Positions 31,211 to 53,970 of a stretch of 64,000 nt of DNA are shown piece by piece. Source of the DNA: the human T2T-CHM13v2.0 reference genome, Homo sapiens. Within the stretch, counting starts at the first letter, position 1; each line of letters begins with the position of its first letter. The stretch lies in assembly GCF_009914755.1 (NCBI RefSeq), contig NC_060925.1; one strand, written 5' to 3'. The position numbers and the translations under genes are program-made. The notes under the pieces were generated by a model. It ran no database searches, was not told the DNA's origin, and was given only the letters and a program-made list of their open reading frames with translations.

Positions 31211-32545
31211 CTTAAGAGAAGAAAATCACATTAAGTGACGCCCGGGAGACGGGGTGGGAATGTGAGCGTCCAGGCACGTGGCAGGTGCTGCTCCAGCGCC
31301 CGGTCCCAGTACCTGAAACACACCACAGTGTGCACCACCTCTCTGGCCCCCAACCCCCAAGCCCCCAAGCCCCCAAGGCCTTTTCAGCATCCTGGCTGGG
31401 GAGTGCTGCCATCATGTGAGTGTGGACAAACAGAACAAGAGACCCCAGAGCCCATGGAGAGAGGCTGCGTGGGGCCCACCCCCATCACAAGGCATGCCCC
31501 CCCAAAACTGGCTTGAGCTCAGGACCCCAGCCCCTCCCAACGCACCCACTCTGGGGCAGTTCTCCCTTTCCAGGGGCTGCTGAGAAGACTTCAGACCACG
31601 TGGTTTAAGCCTGGATGGTCCGGAGCTGGTCAGCCACAACACCCAACAGGGATCACCCTGGAGGGCACCAACTGCAGGCAACCTCCTCTTCCTGGTGTTT
31701 TGACAGAAAGGGAGCTTGATTATGAAAACACATCAGAGGCTCCCAACGAGCCTCCCAGACAGAGGGGAAGGACTGATTGGCTGCAGGCAGACGCCCTTCG
31801 TTCTGCCCGGGGACACGAGGCTGAGCCCGCTTCACCTGCTGGCTCAAGTCTCCAGCAACTGATCGCTGCTGACATCGAACGTCAAAATCAAAAGTGCCTT
31901 GCTGGGGAACTTGACGTCCTGATGCTCAGACACGCAACGTCTTCTGCAGATCCCATCCACCTGTCTAAGCACTGCCAAGAACTCCCGCCAAACGGGGAAG
32001 CCCAGAAAGACACTTGGCCCATACAGACGTGCAGGCTGCAGAGGCTCAGGAGGATGTGGAGGCTGTGCCCAGGCAGAGCAGCCCAGGGGAGGGGCAGGGG
32101 GGACGGCCAGGGCCCCCACAGCCCAAAGCACAGAGCAGCGGAGCCAGCTCATCAAGCTCCATTTTTGCCACCCCAGGAACTTCCTTTCCTTCACACCAGA
32201 CACTCGGGTGTGCTGCCAGCCCATCCAAAGCTCCACCAGAAGCTTCCAGGTGCCAAGAGACGGGCTATAGGCTGCTGACTCCTTGGGGCACTGAGCCCAC
32301 CCACAGAGCAAAGTGGGGCTGCAGGACAGGGAAGGCTGTCCGTGCTGAGAAACAGAGGCTCGTGGCCTGCTGGGGCTAAAGGAGCCTAGAGATCCCTGGT
32401 GTACACCCCTCACTTGTACAGAAGGAGTCTGAGGCCCAGAGACGTCTAGGGGTTTACCCAGGGTCACACAGCAACTTGGTGCCATACTCCCATGTCCCAG
32501 TCATTTCAGAGAAGTATCTGCAAGGATGCCTTTAAAAAGTGGCTT

Positions 32546-33150
<605 letters not shown>

Positions 33151-33706
33151 GTGGCTTCTTCAATGTGGAAGATCCTCACTATAAAGCAGAAGAGCAAACT
33201 GCAGGAAGTAATGGAGGAAAGGGAGACAGGAGCAGCCCCAGGGCCCTGCCCAAAACCCCCAGAGGAGCTCACTTCCCACCAGTTACCTGAACCTGCCTCC
33301 CCAAGGCAAAGCGCTTTTCCTCCTCAATAAACACAGCCCCAGGCTCCAAATCAAGCCCCAGGGGGCCCATTAAGAAAAGGCCTGTGCCTGCCCCTCCTCC
33401 CCGCACAGAACACACCTTGGGAACGTGGGGCTCCCAGTGCTTGGGAACCACAGGCAAATAATATGGGAAAATATTTCCACCGCACTTTGACTGAGAGTGA
33501 ATCTGACAACCTGCTTTTGGGAATAAAGATTTCCTGTTGGATTCAGCTAGAGCCAGCCTGACAAGCCGGTTTCCATGACAACTCGAGTGGCCCTCTGGAC
33601 CTAAATGAACACCATGGAGCAAATGAGGCAAACATGCTAATTGTATTTTCTCCATCATTTAATGAAAGCATCAAAAGACAACGGCAGTATTAGAAAATTA
33701 TCTCTC

Positions 33707-34004
<298 letters not shown>

Positions 34005-35334
34005 TTAAAATCTTAAGAGCTCCCAGCTATTTTTCTGGAGCAATTCACAGCAATCACATCCCAGTTAGCTTAATATTTTGACAGTTGCTGGAGATAAATG
34101 AGCTGCCTCAAAGGCAAGGTTTGCGGGTCGTCTGCCTGGGCCTGTGCTCGCTCAGCGGCCTCGTGACAGGCAGCACAGCCCAGGTAAAGGGGACACACAG
34201 AACAGGGGACCCCTGTCTCCTGGGGTGGAGACAGCACACAGATGTCACGCACACAGCTTATGACTCAGCCTGCTCCGGGCCAGGGTCCCCGCGCGCATCC
34301 TCTGCCCCCACCTGCAATACCCCTATCTTTCAGAGGTCACCACCCATTCAGCCAGTGCTCCCCGTGTGCCCACAGTGTGCCAGGCACTGTTCTTGCTGTT
34401 GGGGCCTTCGAGTTCAATTTCCAGGGGACACATGGGCAGAGACAGAGAAGGGCCTCAAGAGAACAATAGAGACTGCAGAGAGAGATGGCAGAGAAGCAGA
34501 AGCACAGACGAGGAGATGAGCGAGACAGAGGGGGAGATGAGACTCGCAGTCACAGAGTGAGACAACAGCGGGCTCCGGGGCCTGACCAAGATATGGAGAA
34601 AAGCTACAGCCTTGGGGCTCCAAGGCCTCCCTGCCCAGCCCCTGCTACAGGGAAAAGGCTGAAGCTGGGAAGAAGAACCTGGGGCACCGCCCAGCCCCAC
34701 TGGGAAAAGCCTTCATGTGCTGGCAAGCGTATCCTGCCTTCTCCAAGCCTCACGCGCACGACAGCGCAATGCCAGCCCTGATGTCCCCAGGGAGGAGGGG
34801 TGGGCATCTCTGTCCCTCTCTGAGCCCATCCTTCGGAGGAGGAGGAGAAGGCCGAGGGCTGTGGTGGCCAGGACACAGCTGGGAGGCCGAGAAGCTCCCA
34901 GCACCTTCTGGGTGAGCTGGTGGGGGCTGCTCTCTCATGCTCACGCCTGCCTTGGCTCTGCACAGGAGCCTCTCCCCCTCTCAGCCCCTAAAGAGCGAGG
35001 GATCCTCACGAATATGTCAGATTGTGTCGTCCTCATCAAAACCCCATCAGCCAGCATGTCTCAGCACTGATGCCCAGTTCTTCCTGGTCGCCTCTGCTCA
35101 TTCACTTATTCATTCATTCATTTGCTCATCCACTATCGGTTCCATATCTATTATGGGCCAGCAGAAGCGGCCAGGAAAGGGAAGTTCAGGATCTAGGGAG
35201 TTCCTCAAGCTCAGTACCCCTGACCTTTGGCCTGCATCACTCTCTGCTGTGGGGACAGCGGGTCCCAGCCATGCTGAAAGCCTGAGAACGCCTTTCTGTC
35301 TCCCTGCCTCTCTCCCCATCATCCCAAACTGCTC

Positions 35335-35667
35335 GGCTGGGCTCGGTGGCTCATGCCTGTAATCCCAGCACTTTGGGAGGCCGAGGCAGCTGGATCACCT
35401 GAGGTCAGGAGTTTCAGACCACCCTGGCCATCATGGCGAAACCCTGTCTTTACTAAAAATACAAAAATTAGCCAGGTATGGTGGCTCATGCCTGTAATCC
35501 CAGCTACTCAGGAGGCTGAAGCAGGAGAATAGCTTGAACCTGGGAGGCAGGAGAATAGCTCGAACCTGGGAGGCAGAGGTTGCGATGAGCCAAGATCACA
35601 CCACTGCACTCCAGACTGGGCAACAGAGTGAGACACCATCTCAAAAAAAAAAAAAAAAAAAAAAAGA
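35335..35667 (+). mobile_element. AluS with internal duplication of GCAGGAGAATAGCT(T/C)GAACCTGGGAG
   Basis: Duplication at ~35521-35575. Confidence 0.88.
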
Positions 35668-37074
35668 AACCTGCTCTTCAGGGCTTCCTCTGAGGCTATG
35701 GCCTCTGATGGACCACAAAGGGGGCTTTCATGGCAGAAAATCTGCAAAGCAGATCCCTTCCTGGCATTTTTGAAGCCACCAACTCCTGCAATGACAAAGG
35801 GCACTGCTGACTGGGCCCTCACAAGCAGGAAGGTCCTAGGAAGCAGGAGAGCGCGGCAGGCCATCCCTCCTCTCCAGGAAGGGGCCAAGGCTCCACCCCC
35901 AGCACAGTCGGAGAAGAGCTGCGATCTCACAGGAGATGGCAGGGAACCCCCAAGGCCCCTAAAGTGGGGAACCCACCCAGCCCTGAGCCTCTCCCGAGTC
36001 GTGGGCGCTGCTCCTGTTGTGGGAGGTGCCCATACACCCCTTCCTGGGCCACATCCTGAGACCAGCATCCAGGGTCCCTCTGATGTCAGAGGTGCCTGCT
36101 GAGGGAGCAGCAGGCAATGGGAACGCAGACCACCTTCCACCCCAGGCCCTTGCTCAGCTCCATCTGCCCACCTGCCGGAGCTGGGCTGACACAGCCATTC
36201 TAATCAACCCTGCTGAGGTCCTCAGAATGTTCTAGATGCATAATCGTGCTTGCTACCGGCCCGTCATGAGGAAGAGGACTCAAGCCCCTCAAATGGCTGT
36301 GAGCTGGCACTCCACGGGGCAGCCACTGCTGAGGAACAGGCATGGGGAAGAGGAGGAAACCGGCCCAGCCTCTCTGCATGGGAGGACTGGTGACCTGGGA
36401 GGTGGCAGGGAGAGGACCAGGGGCAGGGGAAGAGGCCCGCCTTCCCCCTCACCTCCCGTCCCCAGCCTGGGTATAAAAAGAAGCGTGAGCTGGTGAACAC
36501 TGGAGCCGCCCCCTCCTGCAGCGCCCAGTGGGAAGGGGAAGGGGGTTTCCATGGTTACCATGGCCAAGGAGGAGAATATTCAGATGAAAGCAGAGGCAAA
36601 GGTTCACCCAGTGAGCTTCCATCTGAGCCTGGTTTCTGGGGCTCCCAGGAGCAAGCACTGTCCTCTCTGGAGCCAACACCTCCCTACGCTTGAGGAGGGC
36701 AAGCAGGGCAGGGAGACCTGCAGAGGGGTGGATGGTGCGTACCGGCCTCACAGCCCGCGCCCAGCCCCTGCCATGGATGAGCTGGCCACGGGCAGCAGGA
36801 CAGGCAGCATGATGTGCTCAGGCCGGACCCAGACAGCAGGGTTGAGTCCTGCTCTGGGTAACTGAACTCGTTTCCTAACCCCTCTGTGCCCCTTTCCTGT
36901 CTGCAAAATCAGGGCAATGGACATAGCTGCTCCCAGGGCCATGGTGGGAGGTGAGAGAGGTCTCATTGGTGGAAAAGGGGCCAGGCCCTGGAGCGTCCTC
37001 TGCCCTCAGGAGGGAAGCAGCTGTGTAGCCACGGCCCTTACTGCTCCAGTCAACACTGTCGCTCCCAGAAGTAC

Positions 37075-39400
<2,326 letters not shown>

Positions 39401-39667
39401 TCAATGTTATTTATCCTTCAAATAGGCGACCCATTCTCATGATTCAAAATGTAAAAGGAACAAAAAAGCCTATGGTGCTGGGTCTACCTCTGGCCACCTC
39501 GTCTCCTGTCACACAGGACCCCTTGGCAGCTGGGTCCCATGTGTCAGATCGGACTCCGCATCTACAACCACATGGTGGGGCTCCCAGATGGTGGACATGG
39601 ACAGGTGGTGCTGCACCCTGCTTTTCTCTCTTCATCTACCCTGGGGATCATCCTCTGTAGCTTTGGG

Positions 39668-40030
39668 TCTTAGTTCGTTGGGCTGCCAGAACAAAATGCC
39701 ATAGCCTGGGCAGCTTAGACACAACAGAAATTTATTTCTCACAGTCCTGGAGGGGGGAAGTCTCCAGGGACTTGGGTCATTCCAAGATCAGGGACGGGCA
39801 GATTCCATGCCTGGTAAGGGCCGGCTTCCTGGTTCACAGACAGTGCTTCTCGTGTGTCCTCACGTGGTGGCCGGGGCAAATGAGCTCCCTCGGGACCCTT
39901 TCATGAAGACATTGATCTCATTCATGAAGCCCCACCCCCATACCCTCGTCACCTCCCAAAGGCCCCACCCCCTAATACCATCACCCTGGGGGTGAGAATT
40001 TCAACACATGAGAGACACGAACACTCAGAC
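39668..40030 (-). mobile_element. MaLR (MLT1A-type) LTR
   Basis: TCTTAGT..GTTGGGCTGC...AACAGAAATTTATTTCTCACAGT.CTGGAGG...AATACCATCACC.TGGGGGT.AG.ATTTCAACA. Confidence 0.7.
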
Positions 40031-40109
40031 GGTGGCTGTGTCTGAAAGACTTCCTTATCCTTTCCAGTGACTTCCTTTTCATAGCACTCCAATGTAAAAT
40101 TATTATCAT

Positions 40110-45476
<5,367 letters not shown>

Positions 45477-46044
45477 TTAGCTCCTGAAGCATTCTGGAGC
45501 TTTGCAGAATGTCAAGTGCTGACCAAATGGCAGCAAAATAATTCCACGATTCTGAGTGACAGCATCACCCTCTGGCCTCCCAAGCCCCTCCTTCATCTTT
45601 CCTCCCCATCTTGGGGACTTTTCCTTCCCTGTGTCCATGCTCTCCTGCCAGGGACCCTCACTGTCTCTCTCTGGAAGGGTGCAACAGGAACTTGGGACTT
45701 GGCCCTCACCCCTGCCCCAGGCTCTCAGGCTCAGGCCCACCCTCCCCACAGCCACCAGAGGGTGCTCTCTGAACGTGACTGAGCTGCACCGGAGCCTCGG
45801 GTCCAAAGAATCAATCTACCCCCAGCCCAGCCAGCGAGCCCCTCCTAAACCAGGCACTGCCAGCAAACCCACTCCTGAACCTGTACCACACGACATCCCC
45901 CACATCCACGTCCAACCATCCGCACTTACTGTGGCTTGGTTCATTCTACATATGCACACACACATGCATACGCAGATACACACACACACACACGCACACA
46001 CACACAGCTTCCACTCCTCCACTGAAACACACCCTACCCACTGT

Positions 46045-46420
46045 TCCAGGCTGAATGCATGTGCCATGCTCTGCATGGCTGTCCCCACCTCCCAAAATCC
46101 CTGTGTTGAAATCCTAACCCCCAAGGGAATGGTAGTAGAAGGCAGGGTCTTTGGGAGGTGATGAGAGAATGGGGACAGAGCCCTCACAAATGGGATTAGT
46201 GTCCTTATAAAAGGGCCTGAGAGAGCCACTCCTACCAAGCGAGGACACACAGGAAGTGATGTGACATCTATGAACCAGGAAACAAATGGGCCCTCAACAG
46301 ACACGAAATCTGCCGGCGCCCTGATCCTGGACTTCCAGCCTCCAGGACTGTGAGAAATGCATTTCCATTGTTCACAAGCCAGCAGGCTGTGGTCTTAGTT
46401 CCGGCAGCCCAGGCTGACAG
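46045..46420 (+). mobile_element. MaLR (MLT1A-type) LTR
   Basis: TGTTGAAATCCTAACCCCCAA...GGGATTAGTGTCCTTATAAAAG...GGACTTCCAGCCTCCAG.ACTGTGAGAAAT. Confidence 0.7.
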
Positions 46421-47390
46421 AGCCAGCAGCCACTTCCTGCATCTCAACAGTGTGGCTCAGAGCTCACAGTGCCTCCGCTGGTCCCTGGTCTCTGACGTGG
46501 CTTCCACTTGGCCTCTTGATAGAGTGGCATTATGCCCGTGCCCATGGTGGGGACCTGCACCTCACACTCCCACTCTCCAAGCTGGGGCTGAGTCTTCCTC
46601 TTCTCTGCCTCCCTGGAGGCCACAGAAGGTGTGCTGACCGAGCCCCATAGTGCAGAGGCTGCAGCTGCGGCACCAAGGCAGACGCCCTGTCCTCAGCACC
46701 CAAGGGCTGGCTTCCCCCCAACAGCCGCCCTTCAGAGAAAATGTCCCCTCCCCAGGGCTGGGGATGGCTGAATGTCCTACAGCAGCCCTGAGGTTGACAC
46801 TAGACACCGTGCCCCTTGTCCCCAGCTTTAGGGTCACAGGGCCCTCCCGAGCTACACAATTTTGGGGCAGGTGGAGAGCTGCTCCCATTGTGGGCACAGT
46901 GGTACCAGGCCTGTGAGCTTCAAAGCCAGGAAGTGGCCAAGTCACAGAGAGCCACGGCACTTGCTATGGTGCCATGGCCACCAGGGTTGGTCAGGGCAGA
47001 GGTGGGACCTCTCCTACATCTGCTGTCTGGCCTCTTATGTCTCAGCTGTTGGCCATCACAATAAACTCCACCCCACGGAGGCGGGGCATGCTTCTGATCA
47101 GGGCCAGGTTGGCGGGGGACTCGGCATGGCGGGGAGTGGTGGAGGGAGGGCCTGTCAGCTTGCTTGACGCTTCATCTCTGGTGGGTTCCTACACCTCCTG
47201 GCTGAGGCCAAAACCAAGCATAGCTCTGAGGGTCCGGTGCAGAAATACTTGGGCCACTTCTCCCACAGTTCCCAAGGCCCAGTGCACAAGGGGAGGGAAG
47301 GCTGCAGGCCTGGCTCCCCGGGGAACTCCTGTCCTGAACTCACACTGGTGCGGCCTCCAGGGCCCAGAGGTATGGGGCCCAGACCCTTAC

Positions 47391-47508
47391 CCCGTTCTGG
47401 CTGTTGCAATGCCGGGTGCTGATGATGGCGCCTGCCTCCTCGATCATCTTCAGGATGGTCCCCCCGTGGACATTGCCGGCCACGTTGGCATCATCTGGCC
47501 GCATGATC
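47391..47508 (-). CDS. ACOT7: ACOT7 exon 2 (118 nt): IMRPDDANVAGNVHGGTILKMIEEAGAIISTRHCNSQNG, including the catalytic Asn of the N-terminal hotdog domain
   Basis: Acceptor ctctgccctag|G, donor GGG|gtaagg. Hotdog-fold motif DAN..GNVHGG..LK..EE. Confidence 0.97.
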
Positions 47509-50231
47509 CTAGGGCAGAGGAGAAGCAGGATGAGGCCTCTGGAGAGGATGCCATTTGTGCAACAGTGACAATCCAAGGAGGGGAGAAGGTCCCCAAAGGG
47601 CTCAATGGCTCCCGGAGGAAAGAGAACCTTCCCAATGTTTGGGCTCTTCCTAGGTGGTGTGTTCGTCAGGGTGGGGTGCCACCTGCTAGGCCACGGAAGG
47701 GGCCCTGAGATGCTGTTTCCATGAGAGAGAAGGAGGGCAGAGGGGCACTTTCTCCCCCTGAAGCCACATGTCCCTGGACTGCCCTGGCAGGGAAGGGCTG
47801 ATGGTGAAGACCTTTAAGCAAAGCCACAGGGCAGGGAGGTGGTGATCAGCCCTTGGGGTTCCCAGTGACCAACACACAGACTGTGACCCTAGGAGCAAAT
47901 TCCCGGGACCACCACCACCCCCGTCAGGAGTCCCAGAGAAGCCAGGTAGCCACGGCTGTTCTGAGAACTAAACATGAGTCGCAGCTTCAAGACCCCAGGC
48001 CCTGTCAGCAGGTGAGCGCCTGCCCACTGCGCGCTAAGCTCCTCTGTGGGTCCCGGGGGCAGTGTGGAATCAGGCCCTGGATTGAAGGCAAGGAGCCTCC
48101 CAGGTCAGAAGGAATGGAAACGCCACCTCACTTCCCCAAAGAGGAACAACTTCATCCTTGCCGTGAGCAGCCGGTAGTGTGGGAGCTCCACGAAATCTCT
48201 GGAATCCCAACAAGCCAGCTTGGCAGTCCTGCCAGGGCAAGTTGCCTGGCACCTTCCCAGACAGCACCCAGCTGATGAAAGCCGCCTTCACAGGCCGAGG
48301 CCTGGAGACGAGTGACAGGCAGCGGGCACAGGTCCAGGGTCCAGCATCCACCTGCAGCTTGTGTAGCCTGCCCAGCCTTGCTGGACAGTGTGGGGGCCCC
48401 AGGAGCAGCGTCTCCCCAGGTCTGCATCTCCTCTCTGCTTCTCTAGCAGCTCCAAGGCTGAGCAAGTCACTCTCCAAGAGCGTTCCTGGCTCTGGCTCTT
48501 ACTTGCTAGGTAACCTGGGCAAGCTGTCAGAACCCTCAATCCTCCATGTGCTCATCTGTACAATGGGTAGAATGACAACACTGCCTCGCCTAACTGGGAG
48601 ATCACGCAGATCGCACACTCACTCCACAACAGCGCTGGCAGACACATGGTACACAGTAGATAGTCCACACGTTAACTAGGAGAATTTTTCCCTTTTTGGT
48701 AAGTATTTAGCCAACTTGGTTGGAAGCTCCAAGAAACCCACCATCTGGCCACAGGATGCCACTTCTAGAGCAAATGACCACAGATGTCCCCCAGCAACCC
48801 ATAGCTGCCCATCCCCAGTGTCACCCCTCCACCCTGGGTGAGAGTCTATTATGCAAACCAGGGCCCACTTAGGCCAACTGGCTTCTGGCTCTGAGGTCAG
48901 GCAGGGCCCAAGGTTCCGTGGGAGGCTCAGGGACAGTTGCCTGTGGAGCGGCCGGCACGGCGTGACACAGTGGCCGGGGGATCCCCAGAGCACACAAGAA
49001 ACCTCATTTGGCTTCTCAAGTGTTCATTTTAAAATACCTTTGTTTTTAAAAATTGAACTTACTCTATGAAAGGTTTTTGGGCTTTTTTTGTCTGAGTTAT
49101 GAGGTAGCCAATTATAAGTCACAAAATGATTCTATCAGCCTCTTCCCTTTGTTTTCCACTTAGTAGGAAGGGCCTTCCCCGCACCAGCTGCAGCGGGCAG
49201 AGGGTCACTTTCCACACAGGCCTGTCCTGGGGGCACTAGCCAAGGCTGTGGGTGGGTGCGGAGAGCAGGGCCCAGCTCCTGGTTCTAGAGCAGTGAGGAA
49301 ACATCAGCCCAGCATTTCCCAGGAGCAGCAGAGCCAGCCTCCAGAGCAGCCTGAATGACTGCTGCAGGCCTCACTTTGCCTGTCTGTGAAGTGGAGCCAC
49401 ACACAGCAGGCTGGCCCCCAGGAATGACACAAGGCCAGGGAGAGAAGACGCGGGCCAAGGGCTGCAGAGCAGCGGAGGAAGTGCTTTCATGCGGTGGGCA
49501 CTGAAGACAGGACAGATATGTGGGTAGCCTTTAAGACAGAAGACCAGGGACAGTGCCTGAGGCCCCGAGGAAGAGCCTGGAGCCACCTGGCAACAAAGTG
49601 AGGACTCGGCACTTGGCGCTGTGCCATCAGGAGTACATGCCAGGAACTGCAGACCGCACGCCAGCTGGCTACCACGGGCCTGGCCGCCTTTCTTCGGCAC
49701 CTTGGGTCCTGCACCAAGGACCATCCTAACTCCCCAACTGACCACCCAGGAAGCCAGCCCCTGCCCTCAAGGTCAGACACAACCCTCTCCCCTACAGGAC
49801 CTGACTCCTGCCTGGGGACTGTGCTGTCACCTCCAATGCACAAGGCTCAAAGCCCAACTCACTTACCCCTTCTCCCTTTCCCCAAATCAGACACCTTCCC
49901 TCCAAGCCAGGGCAGCCAGTGAGTCCCAGCCTCAGCTGGGATTCCTTCCCATCCTGCATACCACCACCAGCTGCTCCACACCTGGCCCCTCCCTCTTCCC
50001 CTCCCCACCTCCCTCATTCCTTCCAAACAGCTCAGGAACCGCTGGATCCAGCCAGCCTCCAGGACCCATAAACAGCTCTGTCACTCTCTCAGGCCCCGCC
50101 CCATGGCCTGGCCAAGGCCAACCGTGTCCATCCCAGGACAGGGTCATGACTGCCTCTGTCTAAAGGCAGGCAGGGGTGAGAGCCAGGGAGCCAGGGAAGC
50201 TGCTGCGTCTCACTGGAGACTTCGTTTTCCC

Positions 50232-51308
<1,077 letters not shown>

Positions 51309-52236
51309 CTATCTCTAGGATTCCTGGGGTTAAAAATTATCTAAAAATAAAGAAAGACACAGGCCAGCTCGGGCAACGGCACAGGCCTGGCCCAGTTCTG
51401 GAGGACTGTTTACTGCTGAGTCTGACATGTTATTCCTCCCCCAGCCCCCAACACGCTAATCCTGCACTTCTTCCCCCTCCTCTGACCCCAGAAACTTCAA
51501 GGAAAGAAAGCAAGCTGCCCAGGGTGGGGCCTTTCCTACGTGGCTGCCTTCTTTCTCTGGGCCTGGCCCCAAACATCCCCCGCTCTATCTTCTGCCTGCC
51601 GGGTCCTGGCAGCCAGTGACCCGGGCTGACTGCAGGTCTGGAATGTCACCCGGGCCCACAGCCCCACCCTTTTTCTGTTCCAGCTGCTCCTGTCCCAGAT
51701 CAGAACCATGTCTGTCCAGTCCTTGTAGCATGAGTGGCAGGTGCTGGGGCCCAAGGCTAATGGACGCAGATGCTGCCAACCCACTCTCAGCCACCCCACT
51801 CCCGGCCGGTGTCCCCTCTGGAGGTGGCATCCAGCTGATGACAAGGGCTCTGAGGAAGCTGAGCACACATGGGTCAAGGAGCCACTCCCAGAAGGGCGCC
51901 ACCCCACCTAATCTCTGGGAAAGCTTCCCAGAGGAAGTGACACCTTGGCCAAGTCCTGAAGGGTGAGCCAGGAGCAGAGGTCCGAGAAGGCTACGAGGAG
52001 AGGGAATGTTCGGGGCCCAAGGCCAGGAGTGCCCAGCGAGCTCCAGAAACAGAAAGCAACCCCACAAAGCTGGCGCATGGCCCAAAAGGGGGTGAAGAAG
52101 CGATGTCCTGAGACAGGGACGCAGCTGTCATGCAGGGCCTCAGGGCTGAGACAAAGTCTGGATCCATCCTGAAAGGAGGGGAGGCTGGGGAGGCTGAAGT
52201 CCAGGAACCACACAATCAGACACTGTTTGGGGAGGT

Positions 52237-52532
52237 CACCTCCCATGGCCTCTGCACTGGCCTCTCACTCCCCATGGCCTCTGCACTGGCCTCTCACCCC
52301 CCGTGGCCGCTGCACTGGCCTCTAGCCCCCCCATGGCCTCTACACTGGCCTCTAGCCCCCCCATGGCCTCTACACTGGCCTCTAGCCCCCCCATGGCCTC
52401 TACACTGGCCTCTAGCCCCCCCATGGCCTCTACACTGGCCTCTAGCCCTCCCATGGCCTCTACACTGGCCTCTTGTTCCCCCCATGGCCTCTGCACTGCC
52501 CCTCACCCCCCATGGCCTCTGCACTTGCCTCT
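52237..52532. repeat. 30-bp minisatellite CCATGGCCTCTACACTGGCCTCTAGCCCCC, ~10 copies
   Basis: Near-perfect central copies start at 52331, 52361, 52391 and 52421; flanking copies are degenerate. Confidence 0.95.
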
Positions 52533-53627
52533 TGCCTTGGCTGAGATCCTAACTGGCCCCGACTGCACAGCCCCAGGACCAAGTCACTCCCTTATCCATA
52601 CCTTCCAGGGCCTTTCCCATCTACAGAATAAAGACTCAATCTCCTAGTAAGGCATCTGGAGCTCTCAGGGATTGGGAACTTTTCCGCCTCAACTCTCACT
52701 GCCCTGCGGGGCTCCGACCTGCACCTGCCAGAGCACTGCTGCTTAGCAGGCACGCCTGGCCCTTCCCACCGTTCTACCTGTCCCAGCAACGCCTGACCCA
52801 CCCTTTGTGAAGGACAGGGAACCATTCACAAATAGGGGAGTGTAAGCGAATACCCACTCACAGAGGGCACCCGGCACCACCCACCCAAACCCCAGATGCA
52901 CAGGGACACCCTGACCCAGGATTCCACTCGCAGAAATTTACCCCACAGCTGTTTCCACACACGGTTAAACGAAGCACTGCAAGGGTACTCACTGCACAGC
53001 CGTGTATAACGCAGGACATGGGCCAGCGCCGAGATGTCCACATAAGGACATAAAAGCAACAGCCACACATTGGAATATTGCTCAGCCTTGCACGAGGAGG
53101 AGGAACCTTCTCAGAGACCAGCTGTCAGGTGAAAAACAGCAAGGCACAGAGCCATGGGAGCAAGGTGACCACCTGGGGCGCAGGGACGACCATTCCAGGA
53201 AGGAGGTGTGACAAACCAGAGGCCTCCATGGCCCCCAGAGGAAGAAACTAGCTACTGGGCAGGGACCTCGGTGAGATGCCTGTGTCTTTTGGATGCCTTT
53301 AAACCATCTCAACCCTTTCAAATTAATAAGTGTTCTTTGAAAACGCTTCAAGGCACAGCTCAAAACTCAGATCTCATCACACCAGAGGCCGGCCAGCACT
53401 CATCCCAAGAGCGCCTACAGCAGCGGCCCTGGGGTCCAGCCCACATCCTCGCAGGACAGCCCGAGCCTGTTCCGCAGCGGGAGTGAGGCGCCTGGAACAA
53501 TTGAGGGGAGCCTGGCAGGGAGGGGAGCCGCTCCTGCCCCCTGGCCTCACCTTGAGGGCTGGCCATGCCTCCTGTGCCCTGGGGTCCTCTCAAGGTGGAG
53601 TCCCACCTAAGCCACATGGAGCCTGAG

Positions 53628-53970
53628 TACTGGGTTGAATTGTGTCCCCCAAAAGATGTGTTTGAGAACGAACCCCCAGAAACTATGAATGTCACCTTAC
53701 TTGAAAAGAGTTCTTTGCATCCAGATACAATCAAGATGAGGTCGCCGTGCCTTAGGAAGGGCCCTAACCCAATGACTGGTGTCCTTATAGGAACAGGGAA
53801 GTCTCGACATGAGACACAGGAGGTCCAGGTGAAGATGAAGGCAGAGACGGGAGCAGCCTCCCGTCAAACCTTCGGGAGCATGGCCCTGCCCACCGCTGGT
53901 CTCCAGCCTGAGGAAACTGCTTCCGGTTGTCACCTGCCACCTGGTTTGTGGCCATGCCCGGAGGTCTCTG
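53628..53970 (+). mobile_element. MaLR (MLT1-type) LTR
   Basis: GGGTTGAATTGTGTCCCCCAAAAGAT...GAATGTCACCTTA.TTG.AAA...CCCTAA.CCAATGACTGGTGTCCTTATA. Confidence 0.7.

Noticed and set aside
36875-37074. Open frame continuing past exon 3 into intron 3
   Set aside because: A GT donor at 37074 and the phase match to exon 4 explain the junction; the read-through has no recognisable protein features.
47509-47576. Apparent N-terminal extension upstream of exon 2 (ORF 47340..47576)
   Set aside because: No in-frame ATG; this is the polypyrimidine tract and acceptor region.
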